From: Octopus sinensis
Taxonomy: Eukaryota
Assembly (NCBI RefSeq): GCF_006345805.1
Contig: NC_043020.1
Location: 24,738,001-24,802,000 of the forward strand
Reading direction: 5' to 3'
Length of the DNA: 64,000 nucleotides
The notes under the pieces are model-generated. The model was not told the DNA's origin, made no database searches, and saw only the letters and a list, made by a program, of their open reading frames with translations. Shown piece by piece: positions 54,230-64,000 of this stretch. Each line of letters begins with the position of its first letter. Position 1 is the stretch's first letter. The translations under genes were made by a program, and so were the position numbers.

Positions 54230-54615
54230 GTATATATATTCAGTATGTAGACTATAACCATACTTAGGGCAGCGCACTGAAGGGTACTGGACAAATAAGT
54301 TGTCCCCAGTACATATTTTTGTAAAGCTTGTTGTTTGTTGTATTAGCAGCTTTGCTGTACCTCTAAATTACCGGGACGTAAACACACCAGCACCGGTTGT
54401 CAAGCAGTGGAGAGGTCAGGCACATACATTGTATATGTACGTCTGCGTGTTCGTGCATACGATGAGCTTTCAGTTTCCACCTACCAAATCCACCCACAAG
54501 GCTTTGGCCAGCCCGAGGTCATGGAAGACACTTGACCAAGGTACAACGCAATGGGACTGAACCCGTATTCCTGTGGTTAGGAAGCTAACTTCTTACCACA
54601 CAGCCACGCCTGCGC
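54230..54615 (-). mobile_element. SINE family A
   Basis: GGACGTAAACACACCAGCACCGGTTGTCAAGC, CTTTCAGTTTCC, GGGACTGAACCCG and CACACAGCCACGCCTGCGC blocks. Confidence 0.82.
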
Positions 54616-54976
54616 ACACATAACTAACAGAGAATATGCTGATGCAGAATTACGTGTATTCAAAAACTCCTGTCTTTGCTATTGTTTCATCAGCAATAAT
54701 AAATGTGGGGAAATGTTTAGTCTTTTAACGAAGTGGCGTACAACATTAGCAAAGAAACAACTGTGAAGTTATGGAACTTCAACGAAATAAATGATCGGTC
54801 TTTTACGTGATGTGGTACCGTCCTTTGTCGATATCACAGTCAATGAAAAGGCGTGGCATCATTTCCGCGTACATATATGGCAGGAACTCCCTGATTGTAA
54901 CATGGACTGTCACTGATAACATAGAGATCAAATTAAATAGCTACATGTGTTGCTACGCACTTTATACCAAACCACG

Positions 54977-55010
<34 letters not shown>

Positions 55011-55037
55011 ACAGTTAGATAATTCTTTTTTTTCTTT

Positions 55038-55630
55038 TTTGAAACAGTGAATCTCGAAGCAGATCGAGCTATACTTAAAGGCGCAGGAGTGGTTGTGTGG
55101 ATAAAAAGCTAGGAGCAAGAGTGGCTGAATGGAAAGAAGCTTGCTTTCCAACCACGATTCCGGGTTCAGTCCCACTGCCTGGCACCTTGGGGAGATGTCT
55201 TCTAAAGCCTCGGGTCGACCAAAGTCATGTGAGAGGATTTAGTAGACGGAAACTGAAAGAAGCCCGTCGTATATATATGTATGTATTTGTGTGTCTGTGT
55301 TTGTCACCCCAACGTCGCTCGATAACCGACGTTGGTTTGTTTACGTCCCCGTAACATAGCGGTTCGCCGAAAGAGACCGATAGAATAAGCACTAGGTTTA
55401 CAAAGGAATAAGTCCTGGGGTCGATTTGTTCGACTAAATGTGGTGTATTCCAGCATGACCGCTGTGAAATAAATGAATCAAGTAAAAGATTAGAAGAAAT
55501 ATTGAGTTAAAAACCCCGATGGATAGAGAAGTCGAAGGCTGACCGTGTGGAGCTCTCCAAAGTGCTTGATTTTGACCAAATATTTACAAGTTAATATAGC
55601 TTCATCTGCTTCGAGATCCACAGTTCCAAA
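55038..55630. mobile_element. MITE (family shared with 56754-57022) containing a nested SINE A
   Basis: Left arm TTTGAAACAGTGAATCTCGAAGCAGATCGAGCTATACTTAA; right arm TTAATATAGCTTCATCTGCTTCGAGATCCACAGTTCCAAA. Confidence 0.7.
55080..55492 (+). mobile_element. SINE family A with a duplicated 5' head
   Basis: GGCGCAGGAGTGGTTGTGTGG is followed by a second GCAAGAGTGGCTG head, then the full body and a CAAGTAAAAGA tail. Confidence 0.88.
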
Positions 55631-55795
55631 ATAGAACTATTTGACGTCCTTTCGAAGTTTACAAATTTATATGGCGTCAGCCATATCTACGTGCATACAC
55701 ATGTTAACATATATATATATGATTCTAAAGAAGTGTATAAACAATATACGCATGTGATTGTGTGTATATCTATACATATCTATCTCTCTCTCTCT

Positions 55796-55859
<64 letters not shown>

Positions 55860-56602
55860 CTATATATATATATATAGGTGTAAGATTGTTGGTGGGTGGA
55901 TGCATTGATAATTAGGTAAGTGGTTACGCATATTACTTCACTACAAGCTTGAAGAAATGCCAAACCATAAAATATGCCTATATAACTAAACATATTGATA
56001 CACATACATACACACATTAATGGTGCTGCAATGACGCCAACTAAAGACCGGTACTTGTATATTTATATATGTATCTGTTTATATGTACGTGTGTGTGTGT
56101 GTGTGTGTGTGTACGTGGGTATTAGGGTGTACATATTTTGTTATTCATGTTTCAATTGTATTATCCTGGTTACAATCCTATCAAATTCTCCGAGGATAAA
56201 AGAAGATTTATTGTTTATTTTTGAGTGATGTTTTTTTAAATATTCCTTACGTAATTATCTAATCGAATACAACAGATTATGTACGTGTGTGTGGGGGTGG
56301 TGCGTGGGGTGGTGTTCCTTTTGTACATACAAACTAACAAAAAATGTGCTCAATATGTAAAAGAGTGTGTGTGTTTGTGTGTGTGTTATCATTGGAAGCT
56401 AAAATGGTTTGCACTGTAACAGAGAGTTTCACGTTGACGATTATTCAAACGAATGAAGTGCGGAATGCAAATAATGTCCCATTCCGTCGTTACTTTAGTC
56501 GTTTCAATGATCGGCAATGTGAAACTTGTAGTAGAGACTCAAGACGCTGCAGTTATGGAATACACACACACACACACACGCACACACACGCACACACACA
56601 CA

Positions 56603-56753
56603 CCGTATTTACTCTTAAACCGCACTCTAGTTTTGAATATTGGTATACAATTCCATTTCTTTCGTAGAGTTAGCTTTATTCCGTATATAAGTCGCATCAC
56701 AGCGTCTTCCTTCAAAAACCAAGTATAAAATAGTGCGACTTATACACGAATAT
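56603..56753. mobile_element. Tc2-like MITE relic
   Basis: Starts CCGTATTTACTC..TAAACCGCAC. Internal CCGTATATAAGTCGCA is inverted against TGCGACTTATACACGAAT. Confidence 0.45.
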
Positions 56754-57022
56754 ATAATTCGCAATTTACTGTGTAACTCGAAGTAGATAAAGCTATAAAA
56801 ACTAGCACGTAAATATAGGGTATCAAAATCCTTTTGATAGAAGTCGAAAGCTGCTCGTAGGACTTGGACCTTTGTCTTCTATAAACGTGGGGAAAGATGT
56901 ATGCAGGTGTCCCACAGGCAACCGGCGACTTTTGCTATTTAAAAGGATTTTTTAACGTAGTATTTACATTTTATTATTTATAGCTTTATCTGCTTCGAGT
57001 TCCACAGTTAAAATCGAATTAT
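56754..57022. mobile_element. MITE with ~60-bp imperfect TIRs
   Basis: ATAATTCG..ACTGTGTAACTCGAAGTAGATAAAGCTATAAA pairs with TTTATAGCTTTATCTGCTTCGAGTTCCACAGT..CGAATTAT. Confidence 0.75.
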
Positions 57023-57101
57023 GCTAACGTCTATCGAACTTTCTAAAGTTCTTTACACACACACAGATATATGTATGCATGGGTATGCATATTATATATA
57101 C

Positions 57102-57156
<55 letters not shown>

Positions 57157-57928
57157 CATAATCATCCGAATATATGTACACACATATATGTATGTATGCG
57201 CATATAAACAATATATATACATGTTTACACGTCTATTTACACACATATACAATAAATATTTAGATGTGCGTGTGTATATATATATATATATATATATATT
57301 TACATATTTACACATGTATTTGTGCATATCTTTTTCTTTTTTAGACATATACACATTTTCTTTTTCCTGTATCATTTGTTGTTTAACGCGGTGTAAATTT
57401 TTTTCATTAAACAATACAGAAATAGGAACAAAAAAATCTGTTTGCAAAATAAAAACAGAAAAACGTGATCAGCAATAAAAGAAAACAAAAAAAAACATTC
57501 ACCAGTAAAAAAAACAACAAACAACAACATTCAGCTTTAATTCAAGATAACTGAATGGTTTTTTGGCAACTTCTAGTTTTCGAAAAAATATACAGTTTGT
57601 TTCAATAAGAAAATGATTTGTAATCAGTATTATTATTATCATTATTACTATTATTATTATTATTATTGTTATTATTATTATTATTATTACGTTTTTAAAT
57701 TAGGTTTGGAGCTGAAAGCATGATAATGTGGTTACTACTAAATCGATTTCGAGATTGGCTTGTGTTGAGCTTTTCCTATTTGTGATAGTGTCTGTGTGTG
57801 TGTAATGCATAAATACATACATGCTTAAATGTGGTGATATATATATATATATATACAAACACACACACATATATACATATACATATATAGTTAAATCTAT
57901 ATCCACACACCCACACACGTGTGCACAG

Positions 57929-57977
<49 letters not shown>

Positions 57978-58905
57978 TATGTGACTATTATGTAACTTGT
58001 ATTTTCAAAATGAAAATAACGGTACTCAATACAATGTGTATAATAAATTCATCATTTTATACCATACGTATATTATTACTTTCCTACAACTAAATTCTCG
58101 ATGACTTTCTCTGATAACTAGCAGGTTTCAAATTTAAATGATTCCAGTTCATATTTCAACTCGAATCTATAATAGAATTACACCAATCCGAGGAATGGTG
58201 TGTACAGCACGCCTCGATCCACATAGAATTGAAGAAAATTAGTACTATTCCTATATTATAATTATCAATCAATTCTTCATATTTGTTATCCGCTGATGAG
58301 GACTTCACAATTATTTTACTAATAGAAACACGTTTTAGTATCCGGAGAAGATGTATTTAAATATCTATTTACCTGAACGTTTACAACGATTGTACTTTTC
58401 ACTGTTCTTTCCTTTTAACCTTCATTATATTTCATTTCTTTTTTGATCGACTAATCAATTCCTTTTATATTTGTCAATCAATTTGCTCTCACACATCACA
58501 CGAAAATATGTTTCATTATGTTTAAGAAATATATATTTCTGTTATTGCTATAACGTTCGTTTTTAAAAATAGATATTAATCGATTTTTGATAATATTAAC
58601 TTCACTATTTGGCTCTCGTTTTCTAAAACATTTTGTACAAATAAACTAGAAATGGTGTAAATTTCAGTAATACTAGTTTTTTCCCTTTAATTTACCGTGT
58701 CAACTTCTATAATTCAATGGTTTTCTAGATGATCAGTTACTGTTAAAGCTCCCTTTTTTGCTAGCCGCTAAGGGTCTCCGGGGATCCTTGAAATCTGTGT
58801 CGTTATTTTTATCTAATGTCCGTTAAATCATTGGTCGAAACATGAACCCGAGTCATGTTTCAGAGCACTTTGCCAAGATGGCGTATTAGAATAAAGTATT
58901 TTCCT

Positions 58906-58956
<51 letters not shown>

Positions 58957-59100
58957 GGCTTTTATGTCTGAAACAAATATAAGAATATAGTCGACTACGA
59001 AAGAGTACTAAGCAACTATTTTACTTAATGTTAAATTGTTTGGTAAAAGTCAACGTCAAAACAATTGTGTATGTGTATGTGTGTGTGTGAGTGTGTGTGT

Positions 59101-59292
59101 GTGTGTGTGTGTGGTGTGTGTGTGTGTGAGAAAGAGAGAGAGAGAAAGAGAGAAAGGGAAAGAATATCCAATAAACACCGCTGTATATTTTTCCTTGGTT
59201 ACATATCTTATAAAACTGAATTTATAATTAGGGCAGACCTCGAAGAGCACTAAAAATTAAAATGATACTAATGATGAAGACAATGACGGTGG

Positions 59293-59369
<77 letters not shown>

Positions 59370-59741
59370 TGCAGAGGCGATAAAGAAATAGCTGTTTTGT
59401 ATTTCGTTTGAAATTACTTTAATCGTCAAATAACATATGTTGAAATAAAAAATTTAAACGCAACCATCATGGCAGCAACCACCAACACAATCAGATTATT
59501 ACTGTTTATTCACTTATTCACTTATTATTATTATTATTATCATTATTATTATTATTATCATCATTATCATTATTATTATTATTATTAATACAGTTATTAA
59601 TGAGTTCAATGATAACAATGATTTCGCTGGAAGGCAAAACTTTTAAAAACTATGTCATGCATTAAATGATAGCGGATTTACTAGACAGTAGTAGTCATGT
59701 GCGTGTGTATAGATGCGTGCTTTTGTGTATTTGTACAAGTG

Positions 59742-59772
<31 letters not shown>

Positions 59773-59940
59773 TGTGAGAAAGAGAGAGAGAGAAAGAGAG
59801 AAAGGGAAAGAATATCCAATAAACACCGCTGTATATTTTTCCTTGGTTACATATCTTATAAAACTGAATTTATAATTAGGGCAGACCTCGAAGAGCACTA
59901 AAAATTAAAATGATACTAATGATGAAGACAATGACGGTGG

Positions 59941-60020
<80 letters not shown>

Positions 60021-60392
60021 TGCAGAGGCGATAAAGAAATAGCTGTTTTGTATTTCGTTTGAAATTACTTTAATCGTCAAATAACATATGTTGAAATAAA
60101 AAATTTAAACGCAACCATCATGGCAGCAACCACCAACACAATCAGATTATTACTGTTTATTCACTTATTCACTTATTATTATTATTATTATCATTATTAT
60201 TATTATTATTATCATCATTATCATTATTATTATTATTATTAATACAGTTATTAATGAGTTCAATGATAACAATGATTTCGCTGGAAGGCAAAACTTTTAA
60301 AAACTATGTCATGCATTAAATGATAGCGGATTTACTAGACAGTAGTAGTCATGTGCGTGTGTATAGATGCGTGCTTTTGTGTATTTGTACAA

Positions 60393-60410
<18 letters not shown>
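59101..60410 (+). repeat. direct tandem duplication of a ~650-bp unit (2 copies)
   Basis: The offset between copies is 648 nt near the start and 654 nt at the end. The ORF pairs 59065/59713 and 59666/60320 share long identical stretches. Junctions fall in (GT)n. Confidence 0.93.
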
Positions 60411-60443
<33 letters not shown>

Positions 60444-60619
60444 ATACACACATACATAGAAGTGTACACATAAGCACGTTAATAGGCATATATAGAAACA
60501 AAAAGAAAGACATAGATATATATGTATAAAGACATATACATACATGTATATACACACAGAGGAGAAAAGGAAACACAGATATATGCGTGCATACATATAC
60601 ATATGTGTATATATATATA

Positions 60620-60664
<45 letters not shown>

Positions 60665-60987
60665 TATATGCAGAGATATACATACATATATAGACGTATA
60701 CATAAATATAACCGGCATTTATATATACATTCATATACATATGTTTACATACACACACACACACAGATGGGGAGGACGGGAGATGCATCGGAGGAAAAAA
60801 AAACTGAATTTGTTGAGAGCATAAAAAGAAATCGACTTGACAAGAGAGATATATCCACCAGAATTGTTTCGTTTACCGCTTCAACGAATAAATTGGTGCC
60901 GTAAACTCGGAGTTAAAACAGCGCTAATCAGAAGCTTCCAAAAACCACGATACGTATTGACTAATTTTTCTAACATCCTTTTACATA

Positions 60988-61670
60988 AAGGAATGGCTGT
61001 GTGGTAAGAGGTTTGGTTCACAACCACATGCATGTGGTTTCAGTCTCACTGCGTGGCATTTTGAGCAAGTGTCTTGTACTGTAGTCACGGGCCGACAAAA
61101 GCTTTGTGAGTGGATTTGGTAGGCAGAAACTGAAAGAATCCCTACTTGTGTATATATGTGTGTATGTGTATTTATATACATATATTGTTTTTCTTTAAAG
61201 ATTAATATAGAAGAGACTGTAACTAGAAGCATTTATTAGCACAACAAGCGTTTCGGCTTCATTCTGCACTGCTCCCTAGTGGGCGCGGAACGATGTAATA
61301 ACACCAGATGCAACGCACAGTGCAAAAGAGCCTCGTCAAGTGACATAAGATGCTTCACAAGTTCTTAGATTTACATTTCATTTGCGCTTCAAGTTCTACG
61401 CTGATGGTAATACTCTAGCAGTTGGGACGCATTTGGTAATGTGTATGTATGTGTGTGTGAGTGTGTGTGTGTGAGTGTGTGTGTACGTTTGTCCCTCATA
61501 CCGCTTGGCCACCGGTGTTGGTTTGTTTTGTCCTCGTAACTTAGTGGTTCAGCAAAAGAGATCGATAGAATAAGTACCAGACTTAAGTACAGGGTGCGAT
61601 TCGTTTGACTAAAAATTCTTTAATGCCCCAACGTAGTAGCTGTAATGCCTGAAACATGTATATGATGAAA
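60988..61670 (+). mobile_element. SINE family A split by a ~270-bp insertion
   Basis: 5' half at 60988-~61170 and 3' half at ~61440-61670 (GTTTGTCCC..CGTAACTTAGTGGTTCAGCAAAAGAG..GATAGAATAAGTACC). Confidence 0.78.
61240..61342 (-). ncRNA. type I hammerhead ribozyme motif (Penelope-like), core variant U3
   Basis: Minus strand: CAC-TTGACGA-GGCT-C-TTTTGCACTG...CAGTGCAGAA-TGA-AGCC-GAAAC-GCTT-GTT-GTG, followed by AATAAA (61237-61232). Confidence 0.65.
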
Positions 61671-61691
61671 ATATATATATATACATACACG

Positions 61692-61779
61692 CAGTAATCC
61701 CTCGACTATCGCGAGTTTTATGTTCCCACCCACCCCCACCCCCGCGATAGGTGAACCGCAATATGGCGAGGGATTACTG
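61692..61779. mobile_element. 88-bp pogo/Tigger-like MITE
   Basis: Perfect 13-bp TIR CAGTAATCCCTCG/CGAGGGATTACTG, an inner CTATCGCG/CGCGATAG pair, and TA on the right flank. Confidence 0.75.
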
Positions 61780-61829
61780 TATATATATTTTGTATGGAAA
61801 CCGTTTGAATGGGTTAGCGAAAAAAATCG

Positions 61830-62130
61830 AATCCAGAATTTATTTTAATTCTAAAATTTATTCGACCAATATCTTTTGCTGAACTGCTAAGTTAAGGGAA
61901 CGTAAAGAAACAAACATATGTTGGGAAGCGGTATTCGGGAGAAAGAAACAAACACATACATATTAGATGACGGGCTTCCGCACAGTTTCCTCCTACCTAA
62001 TTCTCTAACAAGGTAGTGGTCGGAGCAAGGATATTGTCAGAAACACCAAAAGTGTTATGCTATGCGATTGAACCTGAAACTACGTGGTTGCTAAACGAGT
62101 TTGTTAATGACACAACCATACCTGCGCCTA
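61830..62130 (-). mobile_element. SINE family A, decayed
   Basis: TTTTGCTGAACTGCTAAGTTA, GACGGGCTT..CAGTTTCC, GATTGAACCTGAAAC and CCATACCTGCGCC blocks. Confidence 0.65.
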
Positions 62131-62709
62131 CCCTGTGTCTGTCTGTGCGTTTTGTACCCATCTAGAAAAACAATTCTTTATTGAATTTCTTCAGAGTCAA
62201 CAGCTAAACATGGCGGCGGTAGTCTTGACAACAACGAAATCATAGTCTGCAATATTTTCCACAGATTGCTGCTAACATCACAATTTCTCTATTTTAATTC
62301 GATTTGGCATTCCAGCCTCTTCTTTCCCTTCGTGTGTGTGTGTGTGTGTGCGTGTGTGTGCGTGCGCGTGTAGACATTTTTATAAGGACGATTTTGACAT
62401 TTCCTTCGAAGTGTTTCTTAGTAAAATATAATGTTACTGTATCAGAAAGTATTGAGATCTCCTTCAGAATAAATGTGAATTTTTCAATGTAAAATATACA
62501 TAAAGAAAAAAAAAAATCAATCCTTAAAAGGTTTATATATATATATACACACACATACACATACATACACACGTTTATGGAATTTATATATTTGTATGCA
62601 AATATATAAATGTTACGTAAGCACACAACTAAGTGGATTTTTTTATATCCACTTTTAGATCTGTGCCTGTATTTTAAATTGACTCTACATTTCTTCCACT
62701 CTGTCACAT

Positions 62710-62751
<42 letters not shown>

Positions 62752-63085
62752 AAAGTATGTTGCTATTATATGTGGACTTAGTAGCATATTGACAATATAT
62801 GGAAATGTCTGTGTTTGCGTATGTGTGATTCTTGTAACTGGACACGCATCTTGCCTTTTACCTACACAACCTCTCTCTCTCTCTCTCTCCCACACACACA
62901 CACAGAGTTAATACAAGCGCTGAGTCAACATGCGCATCTAAATTGTCTTGCGTACGTTCACACACTCCCCTTCACTAGGTCAATTTCCGCGTTATGCGCA
63001 GGATCCACTTACACGATGAAGATGTGTTTATTAAGCGTTCATTTGCTAATGTATGATTGCATGTATATCTATGTGCGCCTATATA

Positions 63086-63286
63086 CAGGGTAGCCCAAAA
63101 GTCACAGAGGTGTTGATAAAGTTCTGTTTTGAATTTACAATACCTTAGCATCATATAGAGTTTAAATATAGGAAATATATGTATTTTAGGTGGAAAAAAC
63201 CACATCGTGTAAATTACAAATAAAAAAAACCGTAACTAAAACGGATTTATTAAAATTTCAGACCCCTTGCAACTCTTGGGCCACCT

Positions 63287-63288
<2 letters not shown>
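63086..63288. mobile_element. older Tc1/mariner-type MITE related to 50616-50847
   Basis: TA-CAGGGTAGCCCAAAAGTCAC at the left end; the degenerate right TIR reads CAAGGTGGCCCAAGAGTTGC as reverse complement. Confidence 0.6.
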
Positions 63289-63355
<67 letters not shown>

Positions 63356-64000
63356 GTAGTCGCAGACGTTGCTGCCACATTGTAAAAAGCGGAACAAAAA
63401 CAATGCCAACAGTTCTGCAATTTTTCCATCCAGGATTGATACTTGTTTATCCATCCCCAAAAGATAAAATGCAGAATTAACTATCACAAGATTTGAACTC
63501 GGAGCCTACAAAAGAAGACCAAAAATGCGAAACATTGCATCGATCCTCTTAGCGCCTGTCTTTTCACCGTCTTCCAAGGGAGTCTGCAATGCGTTAATAC
63601 CATATTAAACAAACCAACTTTAAACTTGATGGAGATGCAACATTTCCATGTGAGTTAATATTCAAAGACAAACTAAAGATTCACGCCTCCCCCCCCTTTT
63701 TTTTTAAGCGGAGAGATCCAAAATGTAATGCATTCAAGTAATTGTGAAAAGTTCCGTTGTGAATAAAAGCCATGGACTGCAATTTTGTAAATTTGCCGGC
63801 GAAACGCGAAAACCTGCATTGACCAGTGACAAATATGCAAAGAACTATGTTGGAAGGGAAGAAGACGGGGAATATAAAATATTAGGAAACAAAGTTAATT
63901 TACAGAGTAAGAAAAGAATCAGCCCAAGACACTGAAATAGAATACAGAGATCAAGAGACTTGAAAGTGTATCAGATTGTAAAGGACAAGACAGGGCAAAC

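Noticed and set aside
58291-58345. CTGATGA...GAAACACGTT hammerhead-like words
   Set aside because: Stem II and stem I do not pair in this copy. At best it is a dead relic.
61269-61282. CTCF-like motif CCACTAGGGAGCAG (minus strand)
   Set aside because: It lies inside stem-loop II of the hammerhead cassette and is better explained as mobile-element sequence.

Overview
AT-rich, non-coding eukaryotic DNA. It is very probably from a coleoid cephalopod (Octopus), inferred from my recollection of Octopus SINE families and from the extreme microsatellite load. I see no intact host protein-coding gene, rRNA, true tRNA or CRISPR array. Nearly all ORFs in the supplied track are translations of (TA)n/(TG)n/(TAA)n/(GA)n repeats. 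Recognisable content: (1) a full-length but inactivated DD34D mariner with 37-bp TIRs and TA target duplication (27279-28539); (2) a decayed maT/DD37D-like transposon, apparently interrupted by a non-autonomous Helitron-like element (~34.2-36.0 kb); (3) a 5'-truncated RTE-clade LINE whose 5' part is inverted, twin-priming style (44.6-45.4 kb); (4) dozens of copies of at least four tRNA-derived SINE families, often in same-orientation head-to-tail chains; (5) several MITEs; (6) two degenerate Penelope-type hammerhead-ribozyme motifs; (7) local inverted duplications that could form long dsRNA; (8) a ~650-bp tandem duplication. Short unique islands between the repeats carry dense transcription-factor motif clusters, as expected for a large intron or gene desert with enhancers. 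Boundaries of decayed repeats are approximate.
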